64,000 bases of DNA from the IMG/VR virus record IMGVR_UViG_3300023179_000080, positions 10,284 through 74,283 of that record, one strand, 5' to 3'. The position numbers and the translations under genes were made by a program. The notes under the pieces were generated by a model. It saw nothing but the letters and a program-made list of their open reading frames with translations, ran no database searches and was not told where the DNA came from. Below are positions 8,391 to 16,965 of the stretch, one piece after another (position 1 is the stretch's first letter; the number at the start of each line of letters is the position of its first letter). This DNA comes from a virus.

Positions 8391-8765
8391 ATGATCAAGA
8401 ACGCCATCACGATCAAGGACCTGTCCAACACCTACCTCCACGCCAAGTTCAACGAGGTGGTCACCCTCTTCCGGGAGCTCAGCATCGCCACCGGCCTCGG
8501 TGCCGACGTCCTCATCCTGGAGGAGTTCGGCACCACCTTGGTCCAGAACTCGTGGAACGATGACGGGGGCTTCTACGTCCGTTACCGCCTCCATCCCCTG
8601 TACTCCCACATGCCCAAGCTGGTGGACGCCTCTCGGCTGGCCCAGGTCCGCTTCGCGGGCATCTTCGGCAAGTCCCAGTTCAAGGTCGACTTCGAGAACC
8701 CCGAGGACCGCAACGGGAACATCACGGTGTCCGTGGCCACGTGCTCTCACTCCATCGGCGACTGA
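8391..8765 (+). CDS. hypothetical protein
   Basis: Early promoter; GC3 bias. Confidence 0.75.
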   Translation: MIKNAITIKDLSNTYLHAKFNEVVTLFRELSIATGLGADVLILEEFGTTLVQNSWNDDGGFYVRYRLHPLYSHMPKLVDASRLAQVRFAGIFGKSQFKVDFENPEDRNGNITVSVATCSHSIGD

Positions 8766-8804
8766 GCGGTGCAAAGTTCAACGTGGAAAGTGTATACTGA
8801 ATCC

Positions 8805-8963
8805 ATGGAACACGACGAGTTCAAAGACGACTGGCAGTACCTTCCATCACCTGAAGAACACACTCGGGAGTGCTGGGAGTGGTTCAGGGACATGATTGAA
8901 GATCGCCCGCATGCTGGACGGACAGTGACTGACGCTGTACGATTCCTACAGCTCGCTGTATAG
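8805..8963 (+). CDS. hypothetical protein
   Basis: Early promoter at 8769. Confidence 0.6.
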   Translation: MEHDEFKDDWQYLPSPEEHTRECWEWFRDMIEDRPHAGRTVTDAVRFLQLAV

Positions 8964-8971
8964 TTAATCGC

Positions 8972-9142
8972 ATGAAGACACACCTAAGCAAGTTATTCAG
9001 AGATTCTCGCGGTGCCACGATGGTCGAGTACGGCCTCATGCTCGCCCTCATCCTCGTCCTTGGATACATCGGCTATACACAGCTCGGCGCAAAGGTCAGC
9101 AAGGCCGGCAGCGACGCAACCGGTGCATTCGGCAGCCACTGA
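8972..9142 (+). CDS. flp: Flp/Fap (Tad, type IVc) pilin, 56 aa (not in ORF track)
   Basis: MKTHLSKLFRDSRG|ATMVEYGLMLALILVLGYIGYTQLGAKV...: prepilin G-1, E+5, Y+6 Flp motif and hydrophobic helix. Confidence 0.85.
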   Translation: MKTHLSKLFRDSRGATMVEYGLMLALILVLGYIGYTQLGAKVSKAGSDATGAFGSH

Positions 9143-9148
9143 CAGACC

Positions 9149-9460
9149 ATGAAGAAATTCTTCATAGCATCATTTCTCGTAGTAGCCTCTTGCGGAGACG
9201 ATGTTCGGCCCAAGAGCATCGATCCCATTGGGAGCAAGGATGCCTCTTTCGCTTACGTTGATTCCGGTCCGGTGGATCCTTGCGACCCACCTGTGGAAGG
9301 CTGTCCGTGCCTCGACGTGGGTGTTGGTGAACAGTTTTATTGCGGCGTTGTCTATCGAACCAGCGGCGATCATGTCGATTGTTCGAAGGGCTATCGAACC
9401 TGTCAAGATGACGGTGGGTGGGGTCCATGCCTGGGCGACACGGTCTGGGCAGGTGATTGA
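9149..9460 (+). CDS. Cys-rich lipoprotein, myxobacterial type
   Basis: Lipobox VVAS-C; EGCPC...CSKGYRTCQDDGGWGPCLG. Confidence 0.75.
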   Translation: MKKFFIASFLVVASCGDDVRPKSIDPIGSKDASFAYVDSGPVDPCDPPVEGCPCLDVGVGEQFYCGVVYRTSGDHVDCSKGYRTCQDDGGWGPCLGDTVWAGD

Positions 9461-9479
9461 CGTATTATCTATTGTTTAC

Positions 9480-9527
9480 GCAAAAACAAAAAGAAAGGAT
9501 ATCGGCCTTGTGCCGTAAGTTATTCAG
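9480..9527 (+). mobile_element. 48-bp IS200/IS605-family LE/RE fusion remnant (PATE-like scar)
   Basis: TTTAC|GCAAAAACAAAAAGAAAGGATATCGGCCTTGTGCCGTAAGTTATTCAG|; left part matches the left end and right part the right end of the tnpB element at 15746-16928. Confidence 0.85.
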
Positions 9528-9552
9528 CATCAAGAATATGCTGAGTGAAGGT

Positions 9553-9777
9553 ATGCCCTCATACTCGGGATTGAGGACGATGCCTCAGGACGATCCTGAG
9601 CAGAGTTTCTTGCGTCAGACGCTTGCAGCAAATCAAGGACAAGAGGAAGTCGTCGTCCTCAAGGTGTCCCACCGGGTGGAAGACCCAGCTCTCAAGGCTG
9701 AGCTCCTCCGTCCCCGTAACATTGACGATTTTTTGAGTAACGCTGGGGGTGCAAAGCACCGCGGCGATGGAGTATAA
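9553..9777 (+). CDS. hypothetical protein
   Basis: ORF; start uncertain. Confidence 0.5.
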   Translation: MPSYSGLRTMPQDDPEQSFLRQTLAANQGQEEVVVLKVSHRVEDPALKAELLRPRNIDDFLSNAGGAKHRGDGV

Positions 9778-9784
9778 CTGTTAC

Positions 9785-9967
9785 ATGATCATCTTTCAAG
9801 TCTCTCCCGAAGACGTCACACGTAGTTCGACTCTCGACAAGAACGACATCGGCAAGTGGTGTTTCACCGCAAACGGTTGCGTCATGGGGTTCTTTGATAC
9901 CCGTGACGAAGCCGAAGACGCTCTGTCTCGCCGACGTGTCCATCACATGAATGCGGAGTACCGATGA
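9785..9967 (+). CDS. hypothetical protein
   Basis: Early promoter at 9749; GFFDTRDEAE motif. Confidence 0.7.
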   Translation: MIIFQVSPEDVTRSSTLDKNDIGKWCFTANGCVMGFFDTRDEAEDALSRRRVHHMNAEYR

Positions 9968-10218
9968 GAGGCGCCGTCTCAATTAAGAAGATCGACAAAC
10001 ACGGATGGTTGGGTAGGACCCTGCATCCTGAACCTCGCCACGAAGGTAGGATGGCTCTAGTCGAGTCAATCGAAAAAGTTGATCTGGACGAGGACGACAC
10101 TGTTGACTACTATCTGATTCGAGCAACCACCCTTACGGGTGAACGTCTCGAGCTGATGGAACATGAGATTGAATGGTTGGGCCCAGATTCTGAGCAGCCC
10201 GGATATACAACTGTTTGA
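9964..10218 (+). CDS. hypothetical protein
   Basis: ATGA overlap. Confidence 0.65.
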   Translation: MRGAVSIKKIDKHGWLGRTLHPEPRHEGRMALVESIEKVDLDEDDTVDYYLIRATTLTGERLELMEHEIEWLGPDSEQPGYTTV

Positions 10219-10221
10219 GTT

Positions 10222-10509
10222 GTGTTTATTTTTCATGTCACTCGAGTTGATCTTCCAGACTGGGATGAATACATCGATTTTGTAATGGTTGCACCGACGG
10301 CTGAAGTCGCCAAATATACACACCCATCAGCAAAAGACGCAAACATCTACAAGTGGTCTGATGAGACCCAGTCTTGGGTCTATGTTGACACAGGCAACTA
10401 CGCTCCACACAATGGGTGGGTAGATCCCAGTAAAGTCGGCGTCAGACTCATAGGGATAGCTCACGACGTCACTACACGAATAATCACGACAAACTACAGA
10501 TCAGGATAA
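10222..10509 (+). CDS. hypothetical phage protein
   Basis: DWDEYIDFVMVA...HP...W..V.VRLIG.A pattern. Confidence 0.65.
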   Translation: MFIFHVTRVDLPDWDEYIDFVMVAPTAEVAKYTHPSAKDANIYKWSDETQSWVYVDTGNYAPHNGWVDPSKVGVRLIGIAHDVTTRIITTNYRSG

Positions 10510-10511
10510 CA

Positions 10512-10703
10512 ATGGCAATTAAGAAAGAAATTCTCGACCTCGATAGCCTCATCGCTCGTGTCAAATACACTGAAATGTCAGCCTCACTTCGTGCTGAGCT
10601 CCTTGAAGCACTGGACGCATTCCGCGCTGTGAGAGATAAACAAACACCCAATCACGCTGCTACGACCTCGCACGAAGCTAATGTTCGTTCTTCACGTAAA
10701 TAG
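10512..10703 (+). CDS. hypothetical protein
   Basis: AGGA RBS. Confidence 0.55.
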   Translation: MAIKKEILDLDSLIARVKYTEMSASLRAELLEALDAFRAVRDKQTPNHAATTSHEANVRSSRK

Positions 10704-10941
10704 CTGGGGGTTTCATTAGTGACCGCTGACTGAGATCGTCGCCCACCCAAGTGACCAATTCACCCAACACGTACGTGCCCAAGTCCCTATAGACTTCGTA
10801 CACAACGTCACCCTTTAAGACACGAAATTTGCGCGATCCATCAAGCTGTTCTTCGACCGTAAGGACAAGAACGAGTTGATCTCCTTCCCAGATGAGATCG
10901 CCTTGGCGCACGACGGCCATGGAGAGCCAATTGTCCTCCAT
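10678..10941 (-). CDS. small beta-barrel hypothetical protein
   Basis: VRQGDLIW..LVLVL..FRVLKGDVVY; ATACTTA upstream. Confidence 0.6.
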   Translation of the reverse strand: MEDNWLSMAVVRQGDLIWEGDQLVLVLTVEEQLDGSRKFRVLKGDVVYEVYRDLGTYVLGELVTWVGDDLSQRSLMKPPAIYVKNEH

Positions 10942-10980
10942 GGCAATAAGTATCAAAATCGCTAACGAACTTGATTAAAA

Positions 10981-11193
10981 ATGAAGATGCGAAGTATTCA
11001 ACCAGGTCAAACTGTCACGCTCTCCGAACAAAACGAATCCGCCGGGCTAGCAGATGATATTCTGCCCAAGACCGGGTCCAACAAGTTTACTCCTCAGATG
11101 GTTGGGACTGTGTTGGAGACTCGCACGTTTGTTCGTGTTATTGTAGGCACGACAGTCGGGTGGATCGATGAGACAAAGATCAAGATGGCATAG
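10981..11193 (+). CDS. SH3-like small protein
   Basis: IQPGQTV...VGTVLE..VRVIVGTTVGWI. Confidence 0.65.
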   Translation: MKMRSIQPGQTVTLSEQNESAGLADDILPKTGSNKFTPQMVGTVLETRTFVRVIVGTTVGWIDETKIKMA

Positions 11194-11334
11194 CCGAGAT
11201 TCGATTGATGGCTACTATCATCCACGCTTTGGTCATTCTATCACAGGCTGTTGCGGTCGTGGGTGCAGCGGTCGCGTGCGGCATCATCTTGATGTCGTTT
11301 GCTGAAACATTAGATCACCGTGTACGGAGCAAAC

Positions 11335-11577
11335 ATGACGACACAAAACGACCCAAATAAACCCAAGGTATCAATATTCACTTACGTCGCGACTAAGCTA
11401 TTTGCAGCAAGCTTGGTGCTAGCGATTAAATCTTTCATCGCAGAGTTTGCATGGAACTTGGGTGCTGGGGCACTTTTTAGCCTACCCAACATCAGTTTTA
11501 AAACTGCTTTTGCATTAGTGCTGCTGAGTGATGTACTATTCAAGGGAGTCACGAAGAGCATACCCGAGCTCGAATAA
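11335..11577 (+). CDS. small membrane protein
   Basis: Two hydrophobic segments, WN..LF.LP.ISF..AF. Confidence 0.65.
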   Translation: MTTQNDPNKPKVSIFTYVATKLFAASLVLAIKSFIAEFAWNLGAGALFSLPNISFKTAFALVLLSDVLFKGVTKSIPELE

Positions 11578-11604
11578 TTAGTTTCTTGTCGCATAGTTTA
11601 AACT

Positions 11605-11829
11605 ATGCGGAGAACGATCGACACTCCGTATTTTCGACGAGGGGATCTCGTTTCGTGGGAAGAATTCGATGTTGATAGCTTCAGCTCAGTCCCTAAGATA
11701 GGGATACTGCTGAGGTTCTACGAAGACTTCCAATACGAGACTCACGCTTTTGAAGTGTTGTTGACTACGGGTGACGTAGTGTACAAGGTGCTGCCCCTCG
11801 ACGATCTTGAAGTTTTATCTTCTGTGTAG
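11605..11829 (+). CDS. SH3-like small protein
   Basis: FRRGDLVSW..IGILL..EVLLTTG. Confidence 0.65.
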   Translation: MRRTIDTPYFRRGDLVSWEEFDVDSFSSVPKIGILLRFYEDFQYETHAFEVLLTTGDVVYKVLPLDDLEVLSSV

Positions 11830-11858
11830 AATCACATGTTGTAGTATAATTTGTCGTT

Positions 11859-12218
11859 ATGGCTCTTACGCCGGGTGAGATACAGCTTCTGCAGAGAGAA
11901 GTTGAGCATCTTCGAGAAGAAAACTTGACTCTAAGGGGAATGTTGGCCCGCTCGACAGCGTCGTGCTATTACTGCAGGCTTCCAGCCGGAAAAACGTCTG
12001 AATGCTCCCGTGGGTTTCCAGGTTGTCTCAGGATGGAAGATGCCATTCACGATCCCGGGTTCCTTGCGGGTGAGACCATCACCGCCGATGACGACGTCTT
12101 TGATAGACCCACGGTGCCTGACCTTGTTGCCCTCGACGCAGGACCATTCAAGAAGATCCCAGACACTGGTGTCTCAAGGATCGATCTCCACAATATTGAC
12201 CCTGATGAAGATGAATAA
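11859..12218 (+). CDS. hypothetical Zn-binding/coiled-coil protein
   Basis: CYYC...C.RGFPGC; TATAAT upstream. Confidence 0.65.
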   Translation: MALTPGEIQLLQREVEHLREENLTLRGMLARSTASCYYCRLPAGKTSECSRGFPGCLRMEDAIHDPGFLAGETITADDDVFDRPTVPDLVALDAGPFKKIPDTGVSRIDLHNIDPDEDE

Positions 12219-12402
12219 GATGAAAGTATACGCAATCGACGAAGGTAAGAAGCCCAGCCGCATATTGGTCATGGTAGAATCAAGCGCGACCGAGAAGCCG
12301 CGGTGTGTAGCAGCAGTTCACACGAGTGAGGCTTATCTTGCGATTAAGAGGCTGATGGAAAGCGAAAATTCATCGATCGTACAGCATACAGTATATACAT
12401 GA
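12211..12402 (+). CDS. hypothetical protein
   Basis: Fills the gap between adjacent genes. Confidence 0.5.
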   Translation: MNKMKVYAIDEGKKPSRILVMVESSATEKPRCVAAVHTSEAYLAIKRLMESENSSIVQHTVYT

Positions 12403-12638
12403 AGCATCTACTCAGTGTCGTCGCAGCAGCTTTCTTCGCATCTCTCTCTGGATGCGCAGTCCGAGGACCGGTCGTTTACGACCCGTATTACACGCCGCAA
12501 CCACGTTACTATGGCAGCTATTACTCACAACCAATCGTCGTTCCCGTGCCTTCGCAAGTGATCGCAGTCCCAGGTCATGTCTACGTTAGACCGGGCTGGG
12601 GTTACCGTGCACACGGCGGTCGCGGATGGCGTCATTGA
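12399..12638 (+). CDS. Pro/Tyr-rich lipoprotein
   Basis: Lipobox LSG-C; YVRPGW..GWRH tail. Confidence 0.7.
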   Translation: MKHLLSVVAAAFFASLSGCAVRGPVVYDPYYTPQPRYYGSYYSQPIVVPVPSQVIAVPGHVYVRPGWGYRAHGGRGWRH

Positions 12639-12648
12639 GTTGTAGATC

Positions 12649-13029
12649 TTGACTACGTTTGACTATGGTATTGGGATGCTACAGATCCCAGAACGTGGTT
12701 TCTACGTCTACAACGAAGTAAAGTACGAAGAGTCAGAGAAAGCTCGATTGGGTAAAGCCTGGCAACGGGCCACCGGGATGGAGCCGGCAAGGGAGCCCAA
12801 TCTCGAAAACCTCGATGACCTACAGGTAATCTTCTGCACGGGCACAGAAGAAGTACACCATCAGTGGTGGCCGCGATATTTTGGCAAGAACTGGAAGCCA
12901 CTATTGTGGATCTGCGAGGAGCTGTCGGGTCGCCTACAGACCGAGTGGGATCGATACGAAACAAGCCCGATTCCGTATGAGATCCCACCGTATAAACCGC
13001 CACGCAAACGTGGTAGAAATAAACTATGA
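12649..13029 (+). CDS. hypothetical protein
   Basis: 126 aa ORF. Confidence 0.6.
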   Translation: MTTFDYGIGMLQIPERGFYVYNEVKYEESEKARLGKAWQRATGMEPAREPNLENLDDLQVIFCTGTEEVHHQWWPRYFGKNWKPLLWICEELSGRLQTEWDRYETSPIPYEIPPYKPPRKRGRNKL

Positions 13030-13265
13030 GTGAGAAGATCAACAAGGTCTGTATCGACAATCTGACGTCTTTTCTTGCGGACGGCGAGACTTTCACGAGT
13101 CTACACGGTTGCACAGTGCAGCTTTATTCGACACCCGCGCTACACGCGATCTGCTCAGGAGACAATGGGGTCATACCGGCAGAAACGTATGACCTGACAG
13201 ATCCAAGCCATCTGCGAAAGTTGGCAGACTTAATCGAGAGCATCCCGAAAGACATGAGACAATGA
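13026..13265 (+). CDS. hypothetical protein
   Basis: ATGA overlap. Confidence 0.6.
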   Translation: MSEKINKVCIDNLTSFLADGETFTSLHGCTVQLYSTPALHAICSGDNGVIPAETYDLTDPSHLRKLADLIESIPKDMRQ

Positions 13266-13435
13266 AACTGAAGAAGAGAGTGAAGTTCTTCCTCGCGACC
13301 GCTGCGTTCTGCGCAGCGGTCGCTCCGATCGCGTACCTTTCAACCCATGACAAGGTATCATTCTATCTCTGGGTTGTGAGTTCAGGATCACTCCTCCTCC
13401 TTGCCGTGATTGCCCACGCAGAGAATCAAAGATGA
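13262..13435 (+). CDS. small membrane protein (not in ORF track)
   Basis: MKLKKRVKFFLATAAFCAAV...; ATGA overlaps on both sides. Confidence 0.6.
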   Translation: MKLKKRVKFFLATAAFCAAVAPIAYLSTHDKVSFYLWVVSSGSLLLLAVIAHAENQR

Positions 13436-13698
13436 TCTATCTTGTGCTTCTCGGTCTATTCGCAATCGTGCACATCATCTCACCTGCACAGGCAAAGATA
13501 GCGACTCATTTGTTGGCCCGAGGTTTTCTGTTCCCGGTTGTAACATTTGTGCTTGGTACGGTTGGGTGGGGAGTCGTCAACCTGTTTACGGATTTCTCAC
13601 ACCTTGATGCCATGAATTGGCTCTACTGTTGTTCATTCTTCGGTCTCCCGGGAGCTGCCATCATCGCTTGGAGGCTACTTGACTCTGAAAATTCGTGA
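13432..13698 (+). CDS. membrane protein
   Basis: Three hydrophobic segments. Confidence 0.65.
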   Translation: MIYLVLLGLFAIVHIISPAQAKIATHLLARGFLFPVVTFVLGTVGWGVVNLFTDFSHLDAMNWLYCCSFFGLPGAAIIAWRLLDSENS

Positions 13699-13780
13699 GT
13701 GACAAATTGTCACTTGTTGAAATTGACTTTCAACAAGCAGACCCTGTGCAAAGTTTGCCCTGACTGAGGTACAGTGAATC

Positions 13781-13984
13781 ATGTCCTGGATCATCCAATA
13801 CACGCAGCCCAACGGGCGCACGGTCACCCGCAACACCTTCGCCAACACGGCGGAGGAGCTCCAGCCCGCCGTGGCCGAGCTGCGCCGGCGGCACTGCTAC
13901 ATGATCGAGCTCATCGCCCGGGCACCTGGGGCAGGCATCCCGCGGAAGTGGCTCGACGACGACATCATGTGGCCACGGCGCTGA
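13781..13984 (+). CDS. hypothetical protein
   Basis: Early promoter at 13746. Confidence 0.7.
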   Translation: MSWIIQYTQPNGRTVTRNTFANTAEELQPAVAELRRRHCYMIELIARAPGAGIPRKWLDDDIMWPRR

Positions 13985-14026
13985 AAAGTCGTGCAAAGTT
14001 CGAACCGAAAGAGGTATACTAGAACC

Positions 14027-14203
14027 ATGAACAACATCAAGATCGGCGACAAGGTGGTCCTCGGTGCGGTCAACGGCCTCGGTACCGGGATCTTCACGGT
14101 CCTAAAGGTGTACCACGGGGACCCGATCCACAAGCTCCTCGTGCAGGGATCCAACGGCCACGTGTGGTCGGCTCGGATCGAGGGCATCCGGGTCGTCGGG
14201 TGA
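14027..14203 (+). CDS. SH3-like small protein
   Basis: IKIGDKVV; early promoter at 13991. Confidence 0.7.
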   Translation: MNNIKIGDKVVLGAVNGLGTGIFTVLKVYHGDPIHKLLVQGSNGHVWSARIEGIRVVG

Positions 14204-14239
14204 GTGCAAAGTCCCACCTGAAAAGGGTATAGTTAGACC

Positions 14240-14974
14240 ATGGCAATCACCAAGACTTCCTACGACAGCAAGACGGGCACCACTGTGGAAGAGACCTATT
14301 TCGCAGGTCGAGTGATCGAGGTCCGCCACTTCACGGAGACCCGCAACTGGTCGTCCACCCTGGACTACTCGGACTACCGCTCCACGGAGTGCACCGAGGC
14401 CCTGGTCTGGCTGGGCACCCACAACTTCCCTCCTTACAGGAACACGACCAAGTCCGACCTGCGGGTGAACACGGGCTGCCTCAGCTCGGACGCCCACGGG
14501 ACTCGTCGCGACCTGGAGTTCTTCGAGCAGTTCGCCTGGGTGGACTGCACCAACCTCTTCTCGGACCGCAACGGCTTCGCCCTGTCGGCCGCCGTCGACG
14601 TGAGCCAGACGGATGGCTCGGAACCCCTCCTATGGGCCAACTACATCGCCTTCCAGGCGTACATGGCCGCGAAGGCCGAGGCCGCCGCCAAAGCCGCTGC
14701 AGAGGAGGCTCGCATCGCCCGTGAGGAGGCCGCTGCCCGAGCAGCTCGCAAGGCCAAGCTGGCCGCCAACCGTGCCGCCAAGGAAGTGCCCCTCCGCGCT
14801 GCGGCGGAAGCCCGCCTCCGTCAGGCTCCGGCCAAGGGCACCACGGTCACCGTGGATGGCTTCACCGGCCGGGTCTTCTGGGCCGGGGTCAACAAGTTCC
14901 GGGGCAACTTCAAGGCTTCCTACGGGGTCAAGGATGCCCGGGGCACCGTCCGGTGGGTGGAGATACCTGCTTGA
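14240..14974 (+). CDS. hypothetical protein with Ala-rich coiled coil and C-terminal SH3-like domain
   Basis: Early promoter at 14204; G.TGRVFW...GVKDARG...WV. Confidence 0.8.
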   Translation: MAITKTSYDSKTGTTVEETYFAGRVIEVRHFTETRNWSSTLDYSDYRSTECTEALVWLGTHNFPPYRNTTKSDLRVNTGCLSSDAHGTRRDLEFFEQFAWVDCTNLFSDRNGFALSAAVDVSQTDGSEPLLWANYIAFQAYMAAKAEAAAKAAAEEARIAREEAAARAARKAKLAANRAAKEVPLRAAAEARLRQAPAKGTTVTVDGFTGRVFWAGVNKFRGNFKASYGVKDARGTVRWVEIPA

Positions 14975-15453
14975 ACCCGCAGTTCCTTGCAGCGATGGCT
15001 GAGACAGCGTCGGGCATCGTCCTATCCGTGCGGAAGACGACAGACCGTGAGGCACGAAGAGGCCTCCTGAGCCTCCTGCTCACCCTATGCAGGGGGATGC
15101 AGGACGTCGCCCCGAGGAACGCCTCAACTCGTGCACAGGCAAGAGCTCACAAGCTCGGTCTGGGTGACCTGAGAGTGTACAACTTCTATGACGGTGCTCG
15201 GTTCCCGGGTGGACGTAAAGCATCGATGATGCACTGGGAGCATTGGAAGCCAGCAGTGGACCTCAGAAATGAGATCCTTGCACTGACAAGCCCGACTCCC
15301 TCTGCTGTGGAGGGTATCCTCAAGAATGCCCGGATTTGTTGGATCCTCTTGGAGGAGGCTGCATTCCTCAGGAAGCTGGGTCATAACACAGGTAGAGCCG
15401 ACCCCGCAGAGTCCTACAAGGCGGCGGGGATAGAGCTGGCATATCCTTGGTAG
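14971..15453 (+). CDS. hypothetical protein, possible HNH-like (beta-beta-alpha) fold
   Basis: HWEHWKP...ICWI..EE...L...RY-like tail. Confidence 0.55.
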   Translation: MNPQFLAAMAETASGIVLSVRKTTDREARRGLLSLLLTLCRGMQDVAPRNASTRAQARAHKLGLGDLRVYNFYDGARFPGGRKASMMHWEHWKPAVDLRNEILALTSPTPSAVEGILKNARICWILLEEAAFLRKLGHNTGRADPAESYKAAGIELAYPW

Positions 15454-15490
15454 TGTGTAAAGTCTCATCGAAATACGGTATAGTAGAACC

Positions 15491-15724
15491 ATGAACAAAG
15501 ACGCTCTCAAAATTGCTCTGGCACTGGAAGCTTCTGCGCGGCTCGTCGAGTCGGGTCGCAAAGACGTGGAGGTCCATTTCACAGAAGCTGAAGTGTTGTG
15601 GAGCGCGGCAGAATCCTTGGGTCTCGAAAAGGTGGTCGACAGCTACCTCTTTGGCTGGCAGATGGAGTCACGTAAGGCTGATTGTACAAATGCCGGCGTC
15701 GTCCCTGCTTCAAACATGAACTGA
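15491..15724 (+). CDS. hypothetical protein
   Basis: Early promoter at 15455. Confidence 0.7.
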   Translation: MNKDALKIALALEASARLVESGRKDVEVHFTEAEVLWSAAESLGLEKVVDSYLFGWQMESRKADCTNAGVVPASNMN

Positions 15725-15745
15725 CATGTGTGCAAAGTTCGGCCG

Positions 15746-16928
15746 CTGAATAACTTACGGCACAAGGCCGTAAGGTTCGAGGGTAGTCTTGCCTTCATCG
15801 ACTTTACCCTTTAGGGACTTCAGCTCGGATGATTGTGTCATCCTTCGGCCCTTCCTGCGAATCTCTTTCTTCACAGGATCGATCTTTGGGCGTAATGCGA
15901 TGTTGAAAGCTGCATTTACGTCCGCATGATCAATGTGTTCACAGTGCAAACAGTGAAACACTTTTCCATTTCTGCTCTCTTTATCAACTACTCCGCAACG
16001 AGAACATGAAGTTGATGTCCAAGCAGGATCAACAACATTCAACTCGACACCTTGCTCCTTAGCCTTGTAAGTGAGAAGCATTCTCACCTGATAGAATGGC
16101 CAAGAGTTCAAGGTGTGATTTCCTTGTTTACGGTACTTCTTCGTACAATCTTTTCTAATCCCAGAAAGATCTTCTAGCTTAATTCCAACTCCACTTTTCT
16201 TTGCTTCTTTGACTATTTTAGTTGTGATCTTGTGAATCGCATCAGTCGTCTTCCTTCTCTCACGATCCTTGATCTTCTTCAGCTGTGACCACTGCTTCTT
16301 CTCTTGCAGGTTCTGCCTGATATTCTTATACTTCTTCTTCAAGAAAGGAATCTGTTTTCCAAACTTCTGAACCTTGCCTGTAAGCGGATTTGCCACAACA
16401 ATGGAGTGAGAAGTTGAGTTAAGATCGATGCCGATGAAACTTTTAGGTTCATCGGCCTGTTGATCGGGGAAAGTCACGGAAACATAAGCCCATTTCTGAT
16501 CAATCTCGACTTGATTGAGTTTTGTCCAACCAGAAGGAAACCAACAGCGAAATTCTGCGTTGAGGCTTGGAATTCTTATTTTTCTAGTTTCTAGATCAAA
16601 CTTTAGATTTTGACCAGGAACAGTTAGCTTCACTCTCTTCGGGTTGATTGATTTGATCTTCTTGTTCAGTCCATATTTTCTAACGATCTGATTAGCAATC
16701 TCAGATTTTAGGCCAATGTGTTTGACGACTTTTGTTGAGACAAGACCATTTTCAAGAGCAAACTGCGCAACTTTAACTGCCTTCTCAAAGAGAGAAGAAT
16801 CAAAGTTCACACCATGCTTTACCTTGAACGTCTTGATCATCTCCATGATAAGTATCTTTACTTAAGAAAAATTTTAACAAAAATTCATGATATGGCACAA
16901 GGCCGATATCCTTTCTTTTTGTTGATGT
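15746..16928 (-). mobile_element. IS200/IS605-family (IS1341-like, tnpB-only) insertion sequence
   Basis: AT-rich island; subterminal hairpins CGGCCTTGTGCC at both ends; LE guide AAAG with TTTAC target; RE guide GAAC with TCAG end. Confidence 0.85.
15755..16846 (-). CDS. tnpB: TnpB RNA-guided endonuclease
   Basis: RuvC I GIDLN, RuvC II LEDL, TSTSCSRCG..CLHC Zn finger, RuvC III HADVNAAFNI. Confidence 0.93.
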   Translation of the reverse strand: MEMIKTFKVKHGVNFDSSLFEKAVKVAQFALENGLVSTKVVKHIGLKSEIANQIVRKYGLNKKIKSINPKRVKLTVPGQNLKFDLETRKIRIPSLNAEFRCWFPSGWTKLNQVEIDQKWAYVSVTFPDQQADEPKSFIGIDLNSTSHSIVVANPLTGKVQKFGKQIPFLKKKYKNIRQNLQEKKQWSQLKKIKDRERRKTTDAIHKITTKIVKEAKKSGVGIKLEDLSGIRKDCTKKYRKQGNHTLNSWPFYQVRMLLTYKAKEQGVELNVVDPAWTSTSCSRCGVVDKESRNGKVFHCLHCEHIDHADVNAAFNIALRPKIDPVKKEIRRKGRRMTQSSELKSLKGKVDEGKTTLEPYGLVP

Positions 16929-16965
16929 GTAAAGCATAGTGTGGGACCTCAGGGTGGAAAATGTG

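Noticed and set aside
7481-8810. Regularly recurring GTGCAAAGT repeats as a CRISPR array
   Set aside because: Copies are degenerate, separated by whole ORFs and have -35/-10 geometry, so they are promoters
8989-8999. AAGTTATTCAG in the pilin gene matching the IS right end
   Set aside because: Only 11 bp, no hairpin, and inside an intact reading frame; likely chance
13697-13740. Paired hairpins AGTGAC-AAATT-GTCACT and CTTGTTGAAA..TTTCAACAAG as a novel element
   Set aside because: Most simply terminator or operator hairpins before a promoter; no further support
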